Below are positions 52,301 through 63,937 of a stretch of 64,000 nt of DNA, piece after piece (within the stretch, counting starts at the first letter, position 1; every line of letters begins with the position of its first letter). Source of the stretch: Styela clava (lineage: Eukaryota); assembly GCF_964204865.1 (NCBI RefSeq), contig NC_135258.1, forward strand, positions 9,052,001-9,116,000, given 5' to 3'. The position numbers were made by a program, and so were the translations under genes. Under the pieces are notes generated by a model that was not told the origin of the DNA, did not search any database, and worked only from the letters and a program-made list of their open reading frames with translations.

Positions 52301-54959
52301 TTTTGATTTCCGACAACACAACAAATCTTCTGCAGTCTATGGGTGGAATTCGATTTTATCCTTGCTACATGATGATGATAGTATTCTGCATACTTACTCC
52401 ACTTTCTTGGATTGGAACTCCGAAAGATTTCTGGTATGCAGGTCTAATTGCTGCTGCAACAACCACAATAGGAGCTTTGTTAATCGTAGCTGGAATAGTT
52501 CAGGTAAACTTCATCATTCAGCACATGATGAATATTTAAATCCGGTCTGAAATAAATTATTTTTGAAATTAGATTCATTCCTAAAACCTTCTCGTATTAT
52601 TATCAGCGCCTTTTAACAAGTATAATTAAAAACCAATACGTTGTACTTAATTATAGAAACACTGCATTTTCAGAGAAACTCGATTTTTATTATCCTATAT
52701 TTTATAGGAGTTTGTTGGCCCAAATCCATACTGATGTTTTAATATGAAAGAAAAATATCAAAATGCCAAAATACTAACCTATTACAAAGTGAGATGCCTG
52801 AGTAACTACCGTCGCCGATATTCATGTCTATTTGTTTACGTTTGTTTGTGACTTGCTTTCCTTCTCTTTTGGTGGGTGAGCACGTGTAATGCATTTTAAA
52901 CTTATTTTCAAGTTTTGTTCATTCCCAGATTCGTCGCCTCAACTTTTTTTGTGTGTGTATTACTTTATTTTTGCAAATGTATCAAAATAAATTTTATCTA
53001 TCTGATGCATTTCAGGATGCGCCCGAACATGTTGATTCATACAGACCAGAACCAACAGCCTCGTCGTTTTTCAATTCATTTGGAGTTATCGTTTATGCGT
53101 TTGGTGGAGCTAGTTGCTTTCCTACAATACAAGTTGATATGAAAAATCCAAATAAATTTAATACAGCAGTTGTTTTGGGAATAATTGGTAAGTAGGTAAC
53201 TAAATCATATACTCCGCTAAATGATGCTCTTCAGCCCTACACTTGTTCCAGATGTTAAACTTATAGCATTGAAATCGTAGCAAAAGAGCATAGCTCAAAT
53301 TTCGTTAGGAGCGTTTCACCATGGAAATTGGCGGACCTGTAATGAAGGATCCGTTCAAACATATTATAAAGTGGGTATGGTGAAATAAAAAGCGTTCACT
53401 TCAAATTAAAATAAAACGGAATTTTTCGATGAAATATCGAGTCCGACCCAATAGGAATTTAAAAAAATTGAAAGTACAATAGCCTGCTAGCGTTTCAACC
53501 ATCTTTAATGGCATTGATTTGTTCATTCGTTTTGGTCCATTTGTGCCCAAAAACGTCTCAAAGGTACATTTCGTGCCCAATAACTAAGCACGTAGTGTTG
53601 CTATGTGTCATTTGAAGCGACACTGATTTTATCAAATGAGAGTAACGCATGTCAAATCAAGATATATTTCGCAAATAACGTGTTCCATATTTTTGTTGTC
53701 AATAAAAAGAAATGGGTATGAAATTGTAAATTTCTTCATTAACAATTCAGTTTTAAGTGCAAAATTCACGATTTCTAGAGCTGAGAACCGTCGTCAATGT
53801 CAATTGTTTTTTTAATTTCTAAAAATCCTCAGGTGTAATCTTTCTTTATTTCCCTGCTGGAGCTGCCGGATATTTCGTATTTGGCAACGACATGAAACCT
53901 AACGTATTATCTGCTTTGTCCCCTGGATGGATTTCGTACACAATCAACATCTTGATTACATCACATCTCTTAATGGCATTCGTTATTATTTCAAATCCAG
54001 TGACGCAAGAAATTGAAGGTTTCTTAAATATTCCAGAAAGTAAGTTTTATGTATGTAAATAACAATCGGAATTGATAAATTTCACAACCTAATGATATTT
54101 ACTCCAAACCATTGTCATTTCCCTAAGCACCCCATATATACAGCGTAAGAATTATTGGAAATATTTTCTTTTTATTGAAAAACAGATAATTCACTTCACA
54201 TATACTTAGAAAAATAAGTGAAATAAAATCATAATTATGGTACTGCACTTGTGAATTTAAAGGTGATCCCCTCCAACCTATTACCTTTTCTGAATATCTG
54301 TTGAGAAACTTATTAGAATAAAATCACAGAATCGCTGAAACTTTGATACCACCTCGACCAGACAGATGCTAAAAAATGAATGATGATATATTAATGAAAT
54401 ATATTTCCCAAATATTTTTTGTTTGCTTTTTTGTTACTAATTAAACTCGTCGAAGTGAGTGAAAAACATTACTTTTGGCAGAAAATTAGAATGTTTGTGA
54501 TGCTATTATAACTAAATATAATTTTCAGAATTCACTTGGAAGCGTGTGATGACTCGCACAATCTATATGCTTGCTGTATTATTCGTCGCTCTCAGCATTC
54601 CACATTTCAACGTTATACTTTCCTTAGTTGGAGGCTCTTTAATTGGCTGCACCTGTGTGGTCTTCCCGCCGTTATTTTACTACTTATTATCAAGGCAACA
54701 GAAGCCTGAAGACGCCTACGGGCCACTACCGGAGCACATGCTGCATCCGTATACACCAGCTAATAACTACAGAGCATTCGAAGCAAACTATAACTGGAAG
54801 CAAGTAAACTTGAGTCTCCACATGAAAGTCTTCCTGTTTGAAATCATCATTTTTGGAGTGGGTGCCGGTGTTTCTTCAACTTACTTTGCGATCCAGTCTT
54901 TGGTAACAGGATCCTCTGGTTTCACTGTACCTTGTTATGTTAATGCATCGGTAGGTTGA
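49306..54959 (+). CDS. Amino-acid transporter T6, 439 aa from an internal ATG; exons (49282)49306-49390, 50780-50986, 52286-52503, 53016-53187, 53833-54039, 54529-54959
   Basis: All exons in frame with canonical sites. Sequence upstream of 49207 is replaced by arm A'. In-frame ATG (MAAVFIIG) just before TM1. Confidence 0.78.
49412..49721 (+). mobile_element. HINE/DINE-1-like element in the first intron of T6 (intron 2 of the paralogs)
   Basis: Same family as 22459. Absent from T5 (empty site tcttta|tttcaa at ~35407), no TSD, T-rich target. Confidence 0.8.
51245..52065. mobile_element. 821-bp non-autonomous TIR element in a T6 intron (intron 3 of the paralogs)
   Basis: ~34-bp perfect TIR CGTCACGCTAATAACCGAATTGCGTAAGTCATTTTT flanked by ATAT. 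Empty site catatggtt in T5 (~37803). Confidence 0.9.
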
Positions 54960-55828
54960 TTCGTGTTAGATTTCTAAGAATGGTAAAACAACCTGTGAAA
55001 CCAACTTTTCATGACTGTATTCTTAGGAAATGTTTGTCTGTAGCCACGAATATTATGTCCATTTGTATACTCTATGCTTCCAAAGCATTTCTATCACTCT
55101 GTATAGGAATAAAAATGTGAAAAAATTTGAAATATCTCTAGCAGATAATAAAAATTGCTTAATAACTAACTAATGAACTTTCACAATTTTTCTATATATA
55201 TTGCCTCTGAGGACAGTATATTTGAGTTATTTGTTATAACGCACTACGAAATTCTGGGAGTTTGTCTTTTTAAAAGCAAACTATAATGATCTAAATATAT
55301 ATAGTAATTAATGTTGTCATATTCCGTAAATAGTTTTTATCCGACATGACGAGAGGTTTTATTTTAGATTTTCTGATATGCATGAATACACTTTTCCTAA
55401 ATTTTAAATCTGAAAGTAAAGTTCTTGTAAAAGAACCTCGGAATTTTTTTCACAATTCATTATATTACTATTGACCCTAAAGACTGACTGGGTTGAATTT
55501 ATGTGATTGAGGTCCATTTGAGGACTAGTTAACATGTTGGCTTGATCTCCGATCTCCTGAACCCAGTAACATATTTCACCTAGCTACTTTTGAACACATA
55601 TATCTTTATATTTTTTATTGTGAAAATATTTTATCAAAAGAGAAAAACGTGCAATAAATAAATAAACATAAAAAAACGTAACTTTTGTAATAAGCCGATA
55701 CTTCTACTCTAGTGCAGGAGTAAACTGTGCAAAAATCGTGACCGTTTTCAATCTCGATGTTTTGTTTACTCTTGTATCCTGCATTATTTCCTCTATATTT
55801 TTAACCTTTTTCGATTTGTTTATGATCA

Positions 55829-57766
55829 TCAACTAACAGTTTTGGCAGACATCGATGATGAAATACGTTTGAATTTTGATTCTATATTACGCTTCTTGTT
55901 AACATCATTCAACCATTCCAAAATATGTTCTGTTTTACCAGGATCACAAAAATTTATGTGATCTGGCATGGATGGAATAGGCTGAAAATGTGTTGCGTGT
56001 GCGGACAACAATGTTGACGACCTTGGAGAGTCCGGTAGCATAGAAGTTCTTGGAGAATGTGCTAAATTATTAATTTTTAAATCTAACGAAATGTATTGCA
56101 CTGGTTGTTTTTGTGGTTGACCACTCAAAGGTACTGTTTGTCGATAGCTAACGGCAGAGTTTTTGTTGACTTTGACGATTGGCGCTCTCGCACTTGTAAT
56201 CTTAGGAGGTTCAATAATATTTGTCTGTTTGCGTGCTCCATCGCTTCGATTCAACTTAGCAGAATATGACATAAATGTTTTTCGTTGTTTTGGTGCTTGA
56301 TCCGGAAAAGATGGAGAAATAATTGCCTGTTTGTTTTGTACATACTTAGATATAGGCATGATATTTCCTTTCCTCGCGGGTCGAGCTGCGACGAAACCGG
56401 TCGCATTTCGTGTAGGAGGTCTTGAGGTCTGTACTTCCGATGGTGCATTTGCGTTTTCTGTGCTATCGTGCGCTGTATTTTGCAAATTTACTGAATTACT
56501 GATAATCTTGGTTGCCAAATCTAAAATCTTCTGTTGAGAATATGGTTTTGTAGGGACCGTTTTAACTTGCTGTTGCGAAAGATTTTCACGTGTGTTTTGT
56601 TCTTCTTGTTGTATTTTGCGCCTCGTAACAGTTACTCTAGTAATTGGGGACACGAAATTGCTCGAATCTTCTTCCTCGTCCAAATTGCTTTCATTTGGCG
56701 TAGCTTTTCTCTCGTTTTTGATTTCGATCTTGTTTTCCTTTGACTCATCGGCAGCTGCCCAGCCTTCTTTAACTCCACGTTGTAGCTTCTTGCTTACTGA
56801 GTGAAGAAGAGTTTCGACGTAGGGAGGTTCCTCCATTTTATCAGTTACAGCTGAACTGAAACGTACGCGTTTCTTTTCTTGCTTGCCGTATGTTGATACG
56901 TGCTTTGCAGAAGCTCCAGGCCAGTCTGGCGAATTTGATCTCGAATACTTCAACGCACTCGGTGCTCTTTTTTCTGTGGTATTTTTCTCCAAAGCTTTTG
57001 ATACTTCTTTTTGAAACGTCGTTCCATCTGGAGACGGAGTTTTAGTTTTCTTACTCGGCTTTTCTTTGGTTGGTGATTCTGCCTCGCTCGCGCCATCTCC
57101 TCGGCTACGATGCTCATAAAATGGAACGTAGTTTACGATAGTGTGATGAGGTAAATGTGTTCCTGACGATATATTGTGTTTATTAGCTAATGTTGGATTA
57201 TAAAATGATCTGTTTTTGTAAGATTCAGATAATAAAGCTTGGCCTGTTGCTGATATTGTGGCATGCGATGGAGTCCAGTTATATGGCACTGAGCTGAAGG
57301 CTGAAAGTCTTGATGCAGATGTACTTGGCCGGACTGGTAATGTGTTATTATTAGTTTGCGACGTGGATGCGTAAAGTGTAGCGGACGGCACGGAAGAATT
57401 TCGCCAATGGCTTGATTGTCGTTGTAGATTTCTGGATGAAGATCGTTGAAATAAATTTGGAAGCCTACTTCTGGCTGAAGTTTGCTTATACTGAGCTCCA
57501 TGCCTCGGTAGTGAATGAAATAGCATAGAATATGAACCTCTATGCTCCGGGGCATGAATAGCTTGATAAGCAGTTGCTGAGCTGAGTCCCAAGTTACCAT
57601 TGGAATAGGTTTTTTCAACTCGAAATTGATCTAGTTCTCGTGGCCGTTGACCTGTGACTCCGTCGGGGCCTTTGAGGTCTTCTTTGATACGGTGAGTAAT
57701 ATGCATCTTGAGTGGTTTGTTTTCTCTGAAATTATCACTGCTGATAAGAACATCTACCGCGGCCAT
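55829..57766 (-). CDS. Intronless ORF X, 645 aa, S/T/P/K/R-rich, probably disordered, function unknown
   Basis: A 1.9-kb ORF in AT-rich DNA. Differences from its duplicate are mostly synonymous. Contains KKRVRF and a C-terminal KTEHILEWLNDV segment. Confidence 0.85.
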   Translation of the reverse strand: MAAVDVLISSDNFRENKPLKMHITHRIKEDLKGPDGVTGQRPRELDQFRVEKTYSNGNLGLSSATAYQAIHAPEHRGSYSMLFHSLPRHGAQYKQTSARSRLPNLFQRSSSRNLQRQSSHWRNSSVPSATLYASTSQTNNNTLPVRPSTSASRLSAFSSVPYNWTPSHATISATGQALLSESYKNRSFYNPTLANKHNISSGTHLPHHTIVNYVPFYEHRSRGDGASEAESPTKEKPSKKTKTPSPDGTTFQKEVSKALEKNTTEKRAPSALKYSRSNSPDWPGASAKHVSTYGKQEKKRVRFSSAVTDKMEEPPYVETLLHSVSKKLQRGVKEGWAAADESKENKIEIKNERKATPNESNLDEEEDSSNFVSPITRVTVTRRKIQQEEQNTRENLSQQQVKTVPTKPYSQQKILDLATKIISNSVNLQNTAHDSTENANAPSEVQTSRPPTRNATGFVAARPARKGNIMPISKYVQNKQAIISPSFPDQAPKQRKTFMSYSAKLNRSDGARKQTNIIEPPKITSARAPIVKVNKNSAVSYRQTVPLSGQPQKQPVQYISLDLKINNLAHSPRTSMLPDSPRSSTLLSAHATHFQPIPSMPDHINFCDPGKTEHILEWLNDVNKKRNIESKFKRISSSMSAKTVS

Positions 57767-60163
57767 TGGAGTAAAGTATGTAAACTAGTAATAATGAATC
57801 TATGATAAGACAAATGAATATTAGTTAGAAAATGCATTCAATACAGTTTAAAATGGGTCTTCAGTCGCAATGCCTCTTCAAACAGTTGTGCATCAATTAA
57901 GGAAGCAATTACATAAGCGCAACCTCAAGGTGTATTTCTTGAGGAAGTCGTAAAATTGATTTCTCTGAAACATTTAAAAACTATCTTTCTAAATTATCTG
58001 CTCATATATTATGTGCTGGACGTTTTAAATACTCCTGAAACATGATTTTTGCAATTCGCAAACGTAATCTAGATTTTCCTATCTCAGTTCGAATAGAACC
58101 AGCTCAATTGTCCGGCCAAATACCGGAAACGAAAAACGAAACGAAAATGTACTGAATTTTTAATTATAAATACGCAAAGCATTGATATCAAACCCCATTA
58201 CTTTGTCTAGCAAATCTATCTATGTCTGACATCTCGCAGCTTCTAAAATTCTTCAGAGCTTTTAATTTTCAAAACAATAAAAACAATACTGAATTTACCA
58301 GCACTCTAGAACTTGTTTATTATTCGTACTAGTTCCACTGACAACGCAAATAAAAACTCGAGGCGCAGTTTCTCAGTATGATTAATAACCTCATTAAAAT
58401 CTATCATATCATTTTTAAAAATATGGACCAGCCTCTACTCAACAATTATATCATAATTAAATAACTTGCTAATGAAAAGCCTTTTGACGCCTCGGTAAAA
58501 TTATCTTGTCGGCTTCTATTGTTTGCGCTCCGATACATTGTGATGATGCCATGTACCATATTATGTACAATATACAATGAGTCGCGCAATATTGTTTTAA
58601 AATGAATTTTTGATAAAGGAAGAATGGGTTGTACTTTAGAAAAGTGTCCGAGAATACAAGATAATTTCTCAGAGCCAAACATAGTTAAACCACAGCTCCT
58701 TCCCTTCGAGTGGGACTGTACCTACAAGGCCAGCACGGTGTTCTCTGACAGAGTACTGAGTTTCCATTCAAATTACTATAAAACTGGAGTATAATTATCA
58801 GATTTTAGCGAGTGTAGATATTTGTACCAGCGCCTGTATTGTTTACTGAGCTCAAGTATCACGTATCTCTAAACAAAACTTAATAAACCTGACGTATCAT
58901 TCATTAAATACACTTTTAAAACAAAATGAAGAAATTTAACTGTACTTTTCAGCATCACTGTCTAGTAAGGACATGAACCTTTGGTAAAATTCATGATCTT
59001 TCCTACGAGTAATCCTATATGTATACAGCCGTGCAGGAATAAGTTCAGCTTTTGAAAGACGTGATATTCATCTGTAACTCAATAATTTCAGTCTCTAAAT
59101 GTAGCGTACCGCCCAACTCTGCACGATGAATGAGTAAAATGCGACTGCCCTACAAAGATATTTATATTAAGAACTATCATATCTGTGATACGTTATCACT
59201 GTAAGCTACAAGTTACGTATCTGTGAACAAAAGTAACAATTCATTTTCTTTATCTAATCGCGCCCCAGTTCTTTCATCGTATAAGTACGCGAAGAAGTTC
59301 TGTTGCTGTGCCGATTGCGAACGATAATTATCGGCGGCTCTTTGCCGTTGATGTCCTTCAAGTTGTGCAATTAACAGAAATAACTACAATTTATGACAGC
59401 GAATCGGGCGGCTTCAATCAAAAGCTACACGAATTGAATTGTTTGTAGTTTTATTTGGTGTTCAGACATTTGACGCTTATCAGGCATAAATTGTCGCACA
59501 CAAGAAATAATGCAATTCGATCAATGTTTACATAAAAGTAATAAAATAAATTTAATCCTTCACCTAATTTTTTTTTATTGAGTTACTACTATCTTGTATT
59601 TTCTGTTGTTTTTTTTTATTAAGAAAAAACCACTAGTGTCACCAAACTTTTCATGTTCACAGAGAAATCACCAGGGATGTGGAATACCTCAATTATTAAC
59701 TTACTTCTTTTTGTATGATCATCAGAATAATATAGAATTTATGTTGAATCGTGTTGTTTCATATATCAATTGCTGATGCGTTTTCCACCATTATGTATTC
59801 AAATTCATCAAATGTGTTTCAGTTCATTTTGCTCTCAAGGCAATTTTGTTTTGTTGTTATATCGTGTTTTGTTGCAGAAATGCAAATTTCAATAATTATT
59901 CAATAACATTGAGTGGCTCGTCTATGGAACCGGAATTATGGACTTTGCTGTAGCAGGCCTCGTGCGTTTTTTACGCAATATTACAGCAAACCCTTACATG
60001 TCGCGAAGAGTTGATTTATTAACCGATATGTCAACAACTCCTGGTCATATAGCAGAGAAATCTTATTTAGTGACGTTTGTTATTATACAGGAAAGCATTA
60101 TATGCAAAGTGCCTTTAAAGTTGTAGTGTGTTTTCGCCTTTTCGGCAATGTTATACAATTGCC

Positions 60164-60274
60164 GGTACTCCTGAGAGGTATGCGCACCAAGATGTCGCAC
60201 AGCCTGAACCACAACCTGGTACACAACCTGAGTTCAGGTTGTGCGCCATCTTGGTGCGCATACTTCAGAGGGAC
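60164..60274. mobile_element. MITE family A
   Basis: Hairpin, perfect TSD caattgcc. Confidence 0.88.
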
Positions 60275-61079
60275 CAATTGCCTCATATATACGATCGAGA
60301 AAGAAACAGTTTTATATTTATTTTAGAGAAGAGAGTAGCAGATGAGACTGCTTGCTCATATGAGAAACCAATCGCCTCGATTGGTTACGAATAGCACGTG
60401 TTCAAACTTACATGTTCTGTTTTTCAAATGTAAGTCAAGTTCGATTCCTGTTTATGTTAGGAACACGTAACTAGCGTGTCGGAAAAAGGGTCAAACAGAG
60501 CGTGTGACATTGGGTGATCGTGCATCGTGGTAAACGTTTGCAGCCGTAGACAATTGATAACCGCAGCATGACATCACAAAGTAAGGTAATATATCGTGAC
60601 TCGTTCACTCACACCTTTTAGTAACCTAGCGTCCCACTTAGTTCAAAGTGATCACGAAACCTACCGGTGGAATCCATCCACTTTTTCTTCTAAAAAAAAC
60701 ATTTCCACCATCCGGTAAGCTTATGGCTGTCATTTTTACGCCTTGTCGCCTAGTTGAGAACAAGGCCCTGTAGCAACAATCAACTATCGCCAAAGAAGCG
60801 TGCCTCAACAATGGTTCAGTTACGCATTATAACTCTGAGCATGTTCATCTACCAGATAACGATCATAAGACATTTGATGTCGCTAGAGTAGCTACTATTC
60901 ATTTCTTTCGTTGGGGATGACAAAGAATCAAATGAAATATATATAATTTATTGTAAAAATTTCTTTCGTGTTATGCCGGTTAAATTAATCTATGGAATTC
61001 GTGCGCAGTAAGAAGATTTTTTTATATTTCCAGTAAATATTGCTTAATATACATCGTTATTCTGCAAAAGAGGAATTTG

Positions 61080-61188
61080 GGTACTCCTGAGGTATGCGCA
61101 CCAAGATGTCGCACAACCTGAACCCAACCTTGTACAAAACCTGATTTCAGGTTGTGCGCCATCTTGGTGCGCATACTTCAGGAGGTCC
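61080..61188. mobile_element. MITE family A
   Basis: Hairpin, TSD ggaatttg/agaatttg. Confidence 0.88.
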
Positions 61189-61949
61189 AGAATTTGTATT
61201 TTATGGAAATATACAAAAAATCATTTGTGATGTCACTTCAGACGTCTCTTGCCGTTCTTATTTGAAATATGTTTCAATTCTCACATTTATCGGTAATTAT
61301 TCACACACAGTTGGTTTACGATTAGATGATTTTGCGTGAGATTTATCTTTTATATATTCTACTCAAATTCATAAGACTTAGGAATCAAATATGCAAGTAA
61401 AAAAGAATAATCAATCAATAAATCATTTATTTGTCATCACACAAAAACAGGGCTCAGAAAACTGACACAGTAAATAAATATATATATATAGGCTACTGAT
61501 AATTTTATTTTTGCGGCGGTGTCGAGCAGAGACACCGATAACACTGCGCTGGCAAAGGTTATTTTAAAAAGTATCTGCAACTATTCACTTTTCAGTAGGC
61601 GTGACCGTAAACATAATTGAGATTAACGCCCAGATTATCAAAAAAAACATGCTGAAATTTATAAAAAAAAATACAAGTGAAGCAAATTTGAAATCGGAAA
61701 AATGATGACCAAAGACTTTTGATATGCAGTAATAATGTGCATAATACATGCAGCAGAGACATTGCCACGACATGTAGATTGTATAACATTTACACTTGTA
61801 CTTTTGTTTTGAGCTTGAAATCTGAAATTGATTGCTCAACAGTGCCACATAGCGGTGGTTGAGCGATCGCACTAGGTGCACGTTTGTTATTCTTATGTCA
61901 GTATGTGCGATTAGCTGCATGTCGCAGATTTCAGAGCATCTTGAGTAAA

Positions 61950-63937
61950 ATGGACGAACAATACACATTTCGGCGTGTAATAGGACAGCAGATGGTACCA
62001 TGTGTATGCAAAACCGATGCGATTTTCGAAGCTGTCAAATTATCAACCTTTGCACCACAAAATCTATCCAAGATCTTATCCAAAGAAGTTCTCAAATTTA
62101 GAATTGGAAAAAGAACCGAATCTGGTGAGTTTTTCACAAATTGTTCCAAAATACTGCAACATGGGTCTATTCTGGTACCGATATACTATTTCAGAATAGA
62201 AATTATATTTTTTTGAGATTAAAACAGAATTTTACTGTTAAAATTGTAAAATGAAACACAATTCTGAAAACTTGCTTATTTAAGTTCAGAAGTTACGGTA
62301 CCGGTAGCTTTATCCCCATGTTCCACTGTTTTAGACATCTTCAAAACATCATTTTCCAAGAACCAAAATTTCAGATTGAATAAGATTTTTATATTTCTAA
62401 AATGAGGGAAACGATAAGATGGCCGATGTTCACCATATGATTTAGCTGTCTTCTTGACTTTCTTCACCCCAGGATAATCAAATCTTATTCGGCCTTACTG
62501 TCGAACCATACTTTTCGGTTATCAGATCAAATATGACAATAATTAACCAGTTCTGCAGATGCAGTCGGATGTTTCGAATGCAGGCACTCACTGTATTGTG
62601 GGAAACCATAACCGACCAGTTACTTGAACATATTATGGAGGCGAAAAGTACAGAAATCCTCCCAGATCCCTAATTATTTTCCGAGGCATTCATACCTGCA
62701 ATACCATCTGGGCTAATGACAACCTTGTTCCCAACTTAAGAACTTACAGTCAGCATGATGCACTGAAGTTTACATATCATAGGGCTTAGACACTAATTGA
62801 TATATTATAGATGATATACTGACCTACTATCGTCTGTTTGTTAGTAATTTCCGATCAAAGAAATTTTTCATGAGCATTTTCTTAATTTGAATGTTATTAT
62901 TTCAGAAGTACAGTGGGAAGGCTTGTGTAGCATTCATGAAGTTTCGATTAATGACATTTTAGTATGGAATCAAATCAAGGATTGTAAAACAACTAAGGGA
63001 ACAGAGAAAAAAATACAACAAACCATAGGAGCCTGTTGCAATAAACATTACTGGTGTTATGCTGACTACATGTATATGAAAGATCTATTTCAAAATCATC
63101 CAGAAATTTTACCTTTGTTAGATTGGAATAGTTTAGGATTCCACAATAAAGATGGCGGAGATAGCACTATGTGGCTTGGCACTACTGGAGCTCACACACT
63201 TTGTCACTATGACACATATGGATTCAATATGGTTGTTCAGGTGGGGGAGTTTTTACTAGAATTCATCATTAAAATTGTATTGCTTCAGATTTGGTTTTGT
63301 ATTGAGTATTTTACTCTGTAGCATATCTATATACAAATCATTCGTTAATTGAAATTTTGAATTAATTTTAATTATTATCAATTTAATCATGACTATACCT
63401 AGTGATAAAAGCAAATGTAACTTTAAAATTGCCTATATAATATGTAGTATGTTTTAAAGACTCTTCTACTTCTTTATTTTTATAGGTATTTTTCATTTCA
63501 TATGAACTAGAATGATTTAAGTTTAAAATAGTGTTAGGGTTAAATTTTCATTTGCTGAATGCAACTTCAGAGGGAATGTCCTATTGACATCTGTATATCT
63601 ACTGCAAATGAGACAGCATTTTTAGATCACTGCTACCACTATTTGGGTATTTACCTTCCAGAAAACAAGTCGAAAGATGAATTCTATATTTTTAGAAATC
63701 TGAAATATAAGTAATTAATATTTTAGGAACACATGGTCACCCAACATAATATATTTGTGGTTTCTTGTTTTTTTTTCTGATTTAACATTTTCATATTTAG
63801 ATTTCTGGAAGAAAGAAATGGATTCTGTTTCCACCGTCTGACAGTGATTGCTTATATCCAACCCGAATTCCTTATGAGGAATCCAGTGTTTTTAGTGAAG
63901 TCAACATTAAGCAACCGGATTTTAAGAAGCATCCAAA
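61950..63937 (+). CDS. HSPBAP1: HSPB1-associated protein 1 (JmjC domain), 5' part; exons 61950-62124, 62906-63240, 63801-63937; continues off the window
   Basis: Motifs FRIGK, WCYADYMYM, DSTMWLGTTGAHTLCHYDTYGFNMVVQ, GRKKWILFPP, LYPTRIPYEESSVFSEVN. Splice phases are consistent. Confidence 0.9.

Larger units (their letters stand above)
49207..57184 (+). repeat. Segment B' (direct copy of 35178-42919)
   Basis: Collinear with B and continues into the intact ORF X. Confidence 0.95.
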
